Of a stretch of 64,000 bases of DNA, positions 9,232-17,940 are shown one piece after another; the first letter of the stretch is position 1, and the number at the start of each line of letters is the position of its first letter. The stretch spans positions 209,714-273,713 of the forward strand of contig OY970067.1 in NCBI GenBank assembly GCA_963705305.1, written 5' to 3'. A program made the translations under genes and the position numbers. Under the pieces are notes generated by a model, which searched no databases, was not told where the DNA came from, and worked only from the letters and a program-made list of their open reading frames with translations. Source of the DNA: an uncultured Methylomirabilota bacterium (lineage in GTDB: Bacteria; Methylomirabilota; Methylomirabilia; Methylomirabilales; 2-02-FULL-66-22).

Positions 9232-10407
9232 TCATCCATACCGGCCAAACTCTCGCGCCTCCTCTACCATGGCCACAATATTCTGCGGTGGGACATCGTC
9301 CTGGATGTTGTGCACCGCAGCGAGAACGTAGCCACCGTTCATCCCCAGGGCACCGATCTGGGCCTTAACCTCCTGCCGCACCTCCTCGACCGTGCCCTTG
9401 GGTGGAACAGTGTGAGTGTCAATGGCTCCCCAGAACGCCGGCCGATCCCCGAATTGCGATTTCAGGGATTTGCTATCCCTCCCCTTGGCCGAGATCTGAA
9501 CCGGGTTCAGCGCATCCACACCGATCTGGATAAAATCGCCAATGATCGGCAGGATCGCGCCGTCACAATGATAGACACCCCTCGCATGGCTATGGCTCTT
9601 GATGAAGTCCACGATCTGCCGGTGGCGCGGTTTGATGATTTTCCGATAGATCTCCGGAGAGCACATCAACTCCGCCTGGGTGGCCAAGTCGTCGTGAAAA
9701 AAGACGATGTCCACGTACTTTCCGATCAAATCCAGCAACTTGCGCCCGATCCGGAGGTCGACCTCCAGGATCCTATCCATGAGGGCCACGATCAGCTCGT
9801 GATTGATGCTCAGGTCCACGAACCAGTCCTCGTGCCCCCGAAGGAACTGACTCAGGGACACGATCGGTCGGGGAAACATGGCAACCACCGCATAGTCGGT
9901 GTTGGTCTTCAACTGCTCAGCCTGCTCCCGCAACCCGGCGTACCGCTCTGGGACGTCGGGATCAGGCCACGGGTATTTCTCCAGGTCCGCCAGGGTGATC
10001 TCACCCGCCAGCGGATGCTTTGCAATGAAGGCTGGCCCGGTCTCCGGCCCCGTCCAGAGGACGCCCCATTCGTCCCGGTAGGTCACGCCGTCGGGGAACG
10101 ACGAGAGCATCCAGTACTCGTTCCAATCAGGGTCATGGCGGGGCACCACCATCCGCGTGTCGATGTCAAGGCGCTGAAGGAGGGCTTCATCTGGGCGGCC
10201 CACGCTGGCCCATTTCCGCATGATGGCGGCTTCGCCTTTCATGTTCAAGTATCGAAGCAAGCGACCGGGCGCGGTCGAGGCAATGCTGGAGGCATAGGTG
10301 CCCCCAATGTCGACGGGGAATCGGTCCGGCTCTTGATGATCGAGAGCCCGCATGATGCGGTCGCGATGCGTAAGCGAGGCCGTCGGGTCTCCTTCTGAGG
10401 CCGGCAC
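9232..10407 (-). CDS. uroporphyrinogen decarboxylase (URO-D) family protein, MtaA/CmuA-like methyltransferase type
   Basis: Length and sequence (DRFPVDIGGT..., C-terminal NIQDDVPPQNIVAMVEEA) fit the URO-D family. The start is uncertain: GTG 10407 or ATG 10353. Confidence 0.7.
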   Translation of the reverse strand: MPASEGDPTASLTHRDRIMRALDHQEPDRFPVDIGGTYASSIASTAPGRLLRYLNMKGEAAIMRKWASVGRPDEALLQRLDIDTRMVVPRHDPDWNEYWMLSSFPDGVTYRDEWGVLWTGPETGPAFIAKHPLAGEITLADLEKYPWPDPDVPERYAGLREQAEQLKTNTDYAVVAMFPRPIVSLSQFLRGHEDWFVDLSINHELIVALMDRILEVDLRIGRKLLDLIGKYVDIVFFHDDLATQAELMCSPEIYRKIIKPRHRQIVDFIKSHSHARGVYHCDGAILPIIGDFIQIGVDALNPVQISAKGRDSKSLKSQFGDRPAFWGAIDTHTVPPKGTVEEVRQEVKAQIGALGMNGGYVLAAVHNIQDDVPPQNIVAMVEEAREFGRYG

Positions 10408-10590
10408 CTGATCCGCTCAGAAAGCAGGTGAGTCCGCATGCCTAAAGGCCGCCTGTGGCATTTTGCGCCCACCGCTGCTCAGTCGGCAATGGATCGTTCG
10501 TTCCCGAATGTGGTCTAGGCGCCCTCTCCGTCTTCGCGTCGACCAGACGACCTGCGGGCCCGCCATGCGAATGAATGGGTCGGATTCCTT

Positions 10591-12135
10591 TCACGCGTTC
10601 TGCTCCTGCGTGAGTGCGCGCCTGACCGCAGGCTTCAGGGCAACGAGCCCAAGCAGGCCCGCGATGATGTCGAAGATGCCAGCGATATAGAACGGAACCT
10701 GGAAGCTGCCCCCAAGGAATGCAACCAGCACTGCGGCCCCCCAGCCTCCGAGAATGGCCGAGAATCCCTTTGACGTGTACAAGATCCCATAGGTCGCCGT
10801 GACATACCTGGGGCCGAACACATCGCCGAGGCACGCGGGGATCAGCGCGGAGGTTTCTCCCCAGGACAGGAACACGATGGGTAGAAGCACGACGAAGAGT
10901 ATGGGCATGCCAGTAATCTGGGTGACCAGCAGAATGAGCAGTCCCTCGAGGGAGAAGGCGATGGCCATCGTGTTCTCCCGGCCAATCCTATCGGATACTG
11001 ACCCCCACATGATCCGGGAGAGCGAATTGGCGACCCCACCGATCGTCGCGGTGAAGGCTACGAGGGAGATCCCGAGCAGCTTCACGCTCTGGACGTTGAG
11101 CGATCGGGCGAGCTCGGACATGTGCCCAATTGTCATCAGGCCACCCGTGGTCATCACGAGGAACTGGAAGTACATGATGTAAAACTCCCGCCGGCCGAGC
11201 GACTGTTGCCAGGTGTAGTTCACCTTGGACTGGAGGACGCTGCCCGACGCCTTCGGTACCCACCCGGCCGGTGTCCACCCTTCGGGAGGATGCCGCAGAA
11301 TCATCGCCATGGCGAAGGCGACCACTCCCAAGATCACCCCCCAGATTGCCATCGCGTGCGCCCAGCCCATGGAGGTGATGCTTTCTAGCCGTTACACAAA
11401 GGTGTTGATAACGGTCGGCGTTTCGCTAGTAACGGCATGAATTGGTTGACCGAATCGGAACGCCTTGTCGGGGAAGAAATCTTCCTCGATGTCAGCTCAA
11501 TCCGAAAAGGACGGAATGCGCTGTAACCACAGAGGAATCGCGCCTATTGACAAGCGAATCTTCAACACCTTTGTGTAGCGGGTAGTGATGCTTTTGGAAA
11601 TGGGAATGATGGTCAGGGCGGCCCCCCCGCCAAATCCAGCGCTTGTGAGGCCGGTTGCCAGTCCCCGCCGATCCGGGAACCACTTGACGGCATTGCCGGC
11701 TGCTGCAATATATATGATCCCTGCCCCTGTGCCCGTGAGGAAACCGTAACAGAGGTAGAGGCCAAATACCGACTGGACCATCGCGCCGCCGAGGAGCCAC
11801 CCGACGAGGATCATGCACGACCCGATCGCCATGAGCGTCCGAATCCCGAATCGATCTACCAGGATCCCAGCGATGGGGACTGGCCAAGTCTGAAAGAGGA
11901 TGTACAGGGAGAAGATGACCGCAATTTCGGAGTACGGGACCCCCGCAAACTGCTGTTTTAGACCCGGTGTAAAGAGGGTGAACGCATACTGATAGTTGGA
12001 TATCACCATCATCGAAATGACCCCGGCACACAGTTGCACGACCCGGTTTCCCCTAAACGAACCGAAGAGTTCTTTTGCGAGGTCCTGGCCTGTCGCTGCA
12101 ACCGCCTCGATTCGGCCTGTGGTCCCGTTCACCAT
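10591..12135 (-). pseudogene. MFS transporter (oxalate/formate antiporter-like) interrupted by a 201-bp MITE
   Basis: The N-terminal ORF (11497..12135) and C-terminal ORF (10591..11370) are both MFS-like. Removing 11385-11585 plus one 9-bp duplication restores ...IPISKSIT-SMGWAHAMAIW... in frame. Confidence 0.8.
11385..11585 (+). mobile_element. MITE-1 copy a (201 bp, non-autonomous)
   Basis: About 24-bp TIRs: CTAGCCGTTACACAAAGGTGTTGA / TCAACACCTTTGTGTAGCGGGTAG. Perfect 9-bp direct repeat TGATGCTTT at 11376-11384 and 11586-11594. 194/201 identical to the reverse complement of 54373-54573. Confidence 0.9.
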
Positions 12136-12707
12136 GACCGGCCTCCTTTCAAGTCCTCAGGACTTGATCGAGAGCACCTCCGCCCCGAAACCCTTCGCAA
12201 ACCGAAGGAGAAACAATTGAAAGCGAAGCAAAACCTCCAAAAACGACGCGCATCCGTACCTGCACATGGAAGTCAACGACCAGCGTCGAAGTCGACCCTA
12301 AGAGGGTCGATCTCGAGCCCTACCGAAACATATGGTCTCGGATGCGAGGACAAATGAGTCGTGCACAGGTCCTCTGTAGTCCCAGGGGGCCTGGCATCTG
12401 ACATGGCGGGAACATTGGCCCGAAGGAGAATAGGAGCGATAGAAGATGGTAGCGACGTGCATTTCGGCAGCGAGCGATGCCACGCCCTGTTTTGCCGATC
12501 TATCTTGCAGCCGGCAACTCCTCGATAGCTTCATAGTTGCGTTCAGCCTGGGGATTGGCTAATCCTTGTAGTACCGGGATTTTCCTTGCGGCAGGTCGAG
12601 GGCGAGGGCGCCACCGAATTCAGGAACCCAAACCCCCCAGATCTTGCGATATGTCCGCCGCCCTATCCTTAATGCTCTTTCCGATCTCCCTGAGTTTCTC
12701 ATCAATG

Positions 12708-13092
12708 AAGGGCCCTGGCAATTCGCGCAAATTGCGGCAGCGCTAACCGCGCGACACCTGCCGTTTCCATCCTCCGATGACACCGGCCTTCAATAACACA
12801 ACAGCCCCTGGGGATCCGTGATCCACCGGGGGCCGTAGGGTTCGCACGCCAGGAGCTTTCCGGCCGGCATCGTTGCCTCCTTCAGGCCGCCTTGCTGGGC
12901 ACCGAATTCATTCGGGCCAGACGCTACCGCTCATCGGAGGGGGAAGTCAAGGTGCAAATGTGGAAAGACGGAGGTCAGAGGTCCCTGATCAGCCGTCAGT
13001 GGTCAGAGATCAGCCGTGAGCGGTTAGCCATCAGCCGAGGAATGACCACGGACCGCTGACTATCGTCAAGGTGCTGGGGGACGTCCCCTTTT
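12708..13092 (-). repeat. A-type miniature element, copy A1 (degenerate left terminus, conserved A core, low-complexity tail, ACGTCCCC right terminus)
   Basis: The core at 12795-12960 aligns with 17690-17870 and 23330-23480. The right end GGGGGACGTCCCCTTTTCA (13076-13094) matches the E-type right termini. Confidence 0.65.
12804..12833 (-). terminator. terminator-like hairpin inside A1 (minus strand)
   Basis: GC-rich hairpin GCCCC..GGATC-CGT-GATCC..GGGGC, followed on the minus strand by the U-rich GUUGUGUUAUUG. Confidence 0.35.
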
Positions 13093-13126
13093 CACGGCCG
13101 GGTGAGGCCTCATCCCCTGCCGTTCG

Positions 13127-13582
13127 TCAGCTCTCGACGCGCTCCCATGTGAGCGAGGACTCGAGGACACCCACGGGCAGTGGAGGCGCAAGCCGTAGCA
13201 CCAGCCGATTGCCGGTAAAGGTGAAGAGCCGCTTCCGGTCCGTCCCGACCGCGTTGGGGACCTTGTCGAGCTCCACATGGTGGACCACGGATCCCTCCCC
13301 GGCGTCTACGTCGTAGGTGCCACAATAGGCCACAAGACCGTTCATGGCTGACCTGATCTCCTGCTCGGCGGGATTGCTTGGGATCACCCACTTTGGTCGA
13401 GCCGGATTCATGAGGACGGCGCACATCCGCTTGGCATCGATGTACATCAAGTAGCCGACGCCGTTCGGGCCGAGATCGGGGCTCGGGCGCGTCGTCCCGT
13501 CGGCCATGAGCTGTTCGGTCGAAACCAGGCGCCACACCCCGATGAACTGCCTTGCCACAGCATCTTGGGATCGTGCCCGCAT
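13127..13582 (-). CDS. lipocalin-like domain protein
   Basis: FIGVWRLVS motif typical of the lipocalin-like domain. ATG 13582 has ACGGAGGGG upstream; the ORF-track start at 13636 is probably too long. Confidence 0.55.
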   Translation of the reverse strand: MRARSQDAVARQFIGVWRLVSTEQLMADGTTRPSPDLGPNGVGYLMYIDAKRMCAVLMNPARPKWVIPSNPAEQEIRSAMNGLVAYCGTYDVDAGEGSVVHHVELDKVPNAVGTDRKRLFTFTGNRLVLRLAPPLPVGVLESSLTWERVES

Positions 13583-13753
13583 CTGTGCCCCTCCGTTTGG
13601 GAGATGACGGCTAACGAAAGAAGTTAACCGGCCCACCCGGCGACCGGGCGATGGGTGGAGAAGAGAAAGGTGAAGGACGGAAACATGAAACCCGACACCA
13701 CCGGTCGGGCCCGAGTTGAACGATGGGTTCCGTGCGCCATGGACGCGCGCTCC

Positions 13754-14206
13754 CTAGAGCCAGCGCCGTACATCATTCTTGTAATGAACCCAGGCTGAGC
13801 CAAACGTACGAGCCAACCAAGGTTCTTCGGCGTGAATGACGCGGAAATGGAAGGCGAAGGCCACCAAGACCGTGTAGACGAGTAATCCGCGCGACCCAAA
13901 CGCGGACGACCAGCCGAGAAGGACGAAGATGACGGCAATGTACATGGGGTTCCGCGAATAGCGATAGAGGCCGCTCGTCACCAGGTGTTTGGGTGGCGCC
14001 CACGGGGCGAGTGTCCCTTTGCCCGAGACATAGAAATCGCGGACGCACCAGAGAAGCGCCAGAAAGCCGATGCCCAGCGGGATCAAGCCCAAAGGATGAA
14101 GGAGCGCAGTGTGTGAGCTACGCCAAAGCCAGGCGAGGGGAACAAGGATCCCGACCACGCCTGGTAGTGCGAGGAAGGCTAGAACTGCACGTGGGAACAT
14201 GTGCAC
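13754..14206 (-). CDS. isoprenylcysteine carboxyl / phospholipid methyltransferase family membrane protein
   Basis: TSGLYRYSRNPMYIAVIFVLLGW motif and multiple TM helices. Start is GTG 14206 or ATG 14200. Confidence 0.75.
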   Translation of the reverse strand: MHMFPRAVLAFLALPGVVGILVPLAWLWRSSHTALLHPLGLIPLGIGFLALLWCVRDFYVSGKGTLAPWAPPKHLVTSGLYRYSRNPMYIAVIFVLLGWSSAFGSRGLLVYTVLVAFAFHFRVIHAEEPWLARTFGSAWVHYKNDVRRWL

Positions 14207-14242
14207 CTACCGACCGCGCTCACTCGCCGTCGCTTATCACCT

Positions 14243-14300
14243 GGGACGTCGCCAATTTCACCAACTTGCTGGCGAAACGGCCGCAACCCGTCTTCCGTGC
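14243..14300 (+). repeat. solo A-type left terminus
   Basis: GGGACGTCGCCAATTTCACCAACTTGC aligns with 17612- (GGGGACGTTGCCAATTTCGTCAACTCGC) and 23244-. No recognisable A core follows it. Confidence 0.5.
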
Positions 14301-14554
14301 CTGCAGATGGGCACGCAGCATCGTCTATCAAATGACGGTACTACCTGCCCCGTCATGCCCCGTCAAGGCCGCTTGGACGGTCCGGGCGCCCTCCACCGGA
14401 CGATGCTACCGGGGCTAGAGCGGCGCGCCATCCTTCAGGATGGCACGGACCGCACGGATCTCGTAGTCCGCCTCGCGGTGCCGTCGCGTCCATCCCCTGC
14501 CGCCGGCGCGCCAGGAGTGTCCGGGTGCAACGCCCTCCATTTCCGGTCGAGTGA

Positions 14555-14586
14555 CCTGCCCCCTCGAAAATGGGGGGCGGTTTTCG
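14555..14586 (+). terminator. intrinsic-terminator-like hairpin (plus strand)
   Basis: CCUGCCCCC-UCGAAAAU-GGGGGGCGG followed by UUUUCG. No plus-strand gene lies upstream. Confidence 0.3.
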
Positions 14587-14602
14587 ACTCGCCCCTCCTC
14601 CT

Positions 14603-15796
14603 CTACTTATAGTGGATTGAGCCGACGGTGTGCTTGGCGATGTAATCCCAGTTATAGGAGACTCCCAGACCGGGCCCCTGGGGAATCGGAACGCAACCCG
14701 CTGCATCGATCCCGTCGAAATCCCCGTCCGCGTAGCCGTCCGTGTACAGGCCCTCGGTGTAAAAGGGATGCGAATGCCGGTCGATCTTCGGATGGACCAG
14801 CCCCCATTCGTAGTAGTTGGAATTGCGGATTGCCGCGAGGCAATGGCGGGTCGGGGGATCCCCCAGATGAATCTCCACATCGATGCCGAGGCTCTCGGCG
14901 GCGTGGGCGAGTTTCATCGTCCCGGTGATCCCGTCCAGCCTCACATCGCCCCGCACGAAATCCGTCGCCTCGGCGAGGAGGACGTTCATCCGTTGTTCTA
15001 CGCCGCGGACATGCTCTCCCTGGAGGAGGGGGGTCTTGATCATCTGGCGCAATCTCCGGTGCGCGAAGTTGGATTGCCCCATGTCCTGGAAGGGATCTTC
15101 CAGCCAGAAGAACCCCTCCTCGTCGCAGGCCCGCCCGACCTTCAGGGCCTCCCCGAAGGTCGCATAGGCATTGGCCGGATCGAGCATCAGGTCCATCCGG
15201 CCCCCCACGCGCTTCCCGACCGCGTGGATCAGCGCGACCTCGCGGGCAATCGGGCCCTGCCACCACGGATGAATCTTGAACCCGCGGTAGCCCTTCTCGA
15301 GGCAGACCTGGGCGAAATCGGCAAAGGCCTCTGGAGAATCCAGGCCGCCGCGCTCATCGCCGAAAGCCGTGCTCGCATACACGGGGAGCTTCTGTCGGAA
15401 CCCCCCCAGCAGCTCGTAGATCGGCGCGCCATAGTACTTTCCCGCGATGTCCCAGAGCGCGATATCCACCGGCGCACTGCCCATGCGTCCGAGATGCCTG
15501 AGGATCCGGTTGACCTCGTTGTAGATCTTCTCCCGCTCTAGCGCGTTCTGACCAATGACAATTGACGCAATCCCCGCCATGGCGGCTGGCTCGATGACGG
15601 TGAAGGTCGATACGTATTCTCCCGTGATGCCGGCGTCTGTATGGATCTTGATGGCGTGCGACTTCCGACGAGTCACGGTGCCGGGCTCGTACACTTCTCG
15701 GGTCTCCAGCGTGCCAAAGTCTCGTCTCTCGCGCTCAAACTCGCAGAGTTCGATCCCGGTGATCTTGAGGTTTCTCTGGGCTGTCGCGTCTGTCAT
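14603..15796 (-). CDS. enolase-superfamily enzyme (mandelate racemase / muconate lactonizing enzyme family)
   Basis: Typical MR/MLE architecture (KIHTDAGITGE..., FKIHPW, MLDPANAY, WLEDP, GEH). ATG 15796 with GGAAGGAG RBS. Confidence 0.85.
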   Translation of the reverse strand: MTDATAQRNLKITGIELCEFERERRDFGTLETREVYEPGTVTRRKSHAIKIHTDAGITGEYVSTFTVIEPAAMAGIASIVIGQNALEREKIYNEVNRILRHLGRMGSAPVDIALWDIAGKYYGAPIYELLGGFRQKLPVYASTAFGDERGGLDSPEAFADFAQVCLEKGYRGFKIHPWWQGPIAREVALIHAVGKRVGGRMDLMLDPANAYATFGEALKVGRACDEEGFFWLEDPFQDMGQSNFAHRRLRQMIKTPLLQGEHVRGVEQRMNVLLAEATDFVRGDVRLDGITGTMKLAHAAESLGIDVEIHLGDPPTRHCLAAIRNSNYYEWGLVHPKIDRHSHPFYTEGLYTDGYADGDFDGIDAAGCVPIPQGPGLGVSYNWDYIAKHTVGSIHYK

Positions 15797-16063
15797 CCAA
15801 GTGCTCCTTCCGCCATGAACCGCGGGGCTCGAAAGTGGTTCGTCGGGGGGCCCGACCGGTTGCCCGTCGGCACGCGGCGAGACCGGCTCCGCCATTCGGA
15901 GGGTGCCGCGCCCGCCCTGCCGGGTGACTCAAAGAGGGTGGCAGTTCCAGGAGAATTGGCAAGCCCTGTGGGGCCGTGCACCGCGCACAGCTCACGTCAT
16001 CCTACGAGGCGTTCCCTGGACGCGAGCGAGAGCATAGCCCGCACCCGGTGCGAGTGCAAGCAA

Positions 16064-16312
16064 TACGGCGCGTTGGATTAATTGTCATATCTTGCCGCCG
16101 CCCGCCTCGCCAGGCTTCGGTACGCGGAATGCGGCGGCCTGCGAGGCATCCGTACCGTGATTGTGCCAGGGCTGGAGTGCTGGATCATCTTCCGAGACGA
16201 TCGGGGCCGCGCGGAATTCGGTTTCTGGCGGCTTGGCAAGGCCTTGCTTCGCTGTTGCTGAGGACACTGTCGCTGAGGATACTTGACAAATAAAGAGAAC
16301 GTCTCTCATCAC
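16064..16312 (-). repeat. E-type miniature element, copy E5 (most diverged)
   Basis: Termini GTTGGATTAATTGTCATATCTTG / GAGAACGTCTCTCATC. The core aligns with E1-E4, e.g. GTGATTGTGCCAGGGCTGGAG and GGCCGCGCGGAATTCGG. Confidence 0.6.
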
Positions 16313-16707
16313 ATCCGCGGCAGGGGCTTCACATCGGCGTCGGCACCCGCCGACCGCTCAACCGGATACCCGCATCGCACCCATGCCTCCATGCCGCCTT
16401 CGAGGTTGTAGACCCGCTCGCCGCCGAGCAAGGCGAGAACCTCGGCGCCGAGGGCGCTGATTGCTCCAATGCGGCAGACCACCACGATGTCGCGCTCGAG
16501 GGCGAGCTCGGCGTGGTGCTTGAAGAGCTCGTCTACCGGAAGGTTCCGGGCCCCGGCGATATGCCCCTGGGCGTACTCCCCCGGCAGGCGCACATCCACC
16601 ACCTGGGCCCCGCCCGTCTCGATGAGGGGTCGGGCGTCCGAAACCTCGATCCGGCTGAAGGGCTCCTCGGGGTCAGCCTCCCCCCCTCCCAGGGGACCGG
16701 TCCTCAT
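16309..16707 (-). CDS. rhodanese-like domain protein (sulfurtransferase)
   Basis: VVDVRLPGEYAQGHIAGARNLP and active-site loop VVVCRIGAIS. The start was chosen at ATG 16707; upstream ORF extension is high-GC read-through. Confidence 0.8.
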   Translation of the reverse strand: MRTGPLGGGEADPEEPFSRIEVSDARPLIETGGAQVVDVRLPGEYAQGHIAGARNLPVDELFKHHAELALERDIVVVCRIGAISALGAEVLALLGGERVYNLEGGMEAWVRCGYPVERSAGADADVKPLPRM

Positions 16708-16807
16708 GACTCCCGCGTCCTTCTTTCTCCCCTTTCGCCCGGACTTCGTTTCCCGGCGGCTTGCCAGAAACTCGCTTTGGTGCCGCTGAAGATATGATTT
16801 TGCTAGA

Positions 16808-17467
16808 TCAGCCCTTCCGCGCTGAGGCATCCAGCATCGCCTGGAGCAGCGTTTCCGGCGGCTGCGCTCCGGACACCGCGGCGCGGCGATTGAAGATGAA
16901 GCAGGGCACCGCGTTGATGCCGGCCTGCCGGGCTTCGAGGTCGACTCGCAACACGTCCTCCCGGCCGTCCTCGGACGCCAGGTAGGAGGCCAAAGCGGCG
17001 CGATCCAGGCCGGCACGCTCGCCGACGCTCGCCAGCGCCGCCTGGTCGGTGAGGTCGGCGCCATCCAGGAAATAGGCGCGGAAGAGCCGCTCCGCGACCG
17101 CGTCTTCATGCCCCTGCGTCGCACCGTAGAGCATGAGCCGGTGCGCGTTCAGCGTGTTCGGCTGCACCGTGATGCGGTCGAAGGCGAAGTCGATACCGAC
17201 TTCCCGGCCCACGCCCGCCACGCGCGCGTAGCTGTGGGCGTGGCCGGGGCCGAACTTGCGCTCGAGGTAGTCCTGGCGCGGCATGCCCGCGTCCGGCAGG
17301 TCCGGGTTGAGCTGGAACGGCAGCCAGCGCACGGCCGGCTTTCCCCCATCGGGCACGCGCTCCTGGTATAGCCGCAGTGCGGCTTCCAGGCGCCGCTTGC
17401 CGATGAAGCACCAGGGTCAGACGATGTCCGAGACGATTTCGATGGTAAGCGTGGGTTGAGCTTGCAT
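16808..17467 (-). CDS. DsbA/FrnE-like thiol-disulfide oxidoreductase with in-frame TGA at the CxxC Cys position (candidate selenoprotein, or a pseudogene)
   Basis: ATG 17467 (GAAAGGA RBS) gives MQAQPTLTIEIVSDIV-TGA(17419-17417)-PWCFIGKRRLE.... Both halves are in the same frame. The family consensus at this position is SD.VCPWC.IGK. Confidence 0.6.
17362..17415 (-). promoter_or_regulatory. candidate bacterial SECIS element
   Basis: It starts 1 nt after the UGA. Closing helix CCUGGU/ACCAGG encloses hairpin GCGGC-GCCUGGAA-GCCGC (17396-17379), whose loop carries GG about 30 nt after the UGA. Confidence 0.4.
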
Positions 17468-17607
17468 GCGCCGGTCCTTTCTGCTGGGAGTGGCCCCGAT
17501 GTGTCCTGGCGCGGCGTGCGGGGTGCCGGACGGGGCCATTATACCGTCGGAAGGGGCCTTTGTGGATCTCTTCATGGCCGCGAGCGTTCTTGCTCGTAAT
17601 GGACGCA

Positions 17608-17940
17608 ATGGGGGACGTTGCCAATTTCGTCAACTCGCGACGGCAACGGTCACGCCCACTCACCGCGCCTCTATCTTTCAGGGACACCGGCCTCTACGAA
17701 CCCAACAGCCCCCTGGGATCCCGTGATCCGCCGGGGGCTGTTGGGTTCGCACGCCAGGAGCTTTCCGGTCGGCATCTTCGCCTCCCTCAGGCCACCTAGC
17801 TGAGAGCGAATTGATTGCGACATGACGCTACCGCCTGTCGGAGGGCGAAGTCAAGATGGAAATGCGGGGGCCAGAAATCGGCTTTCAGAAATACGGGACG
17901 CCGCATTCCCTCCCAGACTTTGCCAACGTCCGCCTCGCGA
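17608..17940 (-). repeat. A-type miniature element, copy A2 (TIR-bounded, about 330 bp)
   Basis: Left end AATGGGGGACGTTGCCAATTTCGTC versus the reverse complement of the right end GAGGCGGACGTTGGCAAAGTCTGG. The core is shared with A1 and A3. Confidence 0.7.
17699..17747 (-). terminator. long hairpin / terminator-like structure inside A2
   Basis: AACCCAACAGCCCCC..GGATC-CCGT-GATCC..GGGGGCTGTTGGGTT forms a stem of about 20 bp. The minus-strand 3' flank is only weakly U-rich. Confidence 0.35.

Noticed and set aside
10408-10590. Cobalamin-riboswitch-like motifs between the MFS pseudogene and the URO-D family gene (minus strand: GGGAA, GACUGAGCAGCGGUG, GCCACAG, AUCAGGUGCCGGCC)
   Set aside because: Only fragments of the consensus are present. 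GGUG..AA..CC and GGGAAGGC are missing, the B12 box has a mismatch, and no upstream segment can pair with GCCAC. It needs a covariance-model scan before any claim.
12836-12860. GTGCG on the minus strand next to the A-core hairpin as the 5' end of a class C group II intron
   Set aside because: The hairpin lies downstream rather than upstream of the GTGCG. I could find no domain V-like sequence and no RT ORF. The element is only about 170 nt.
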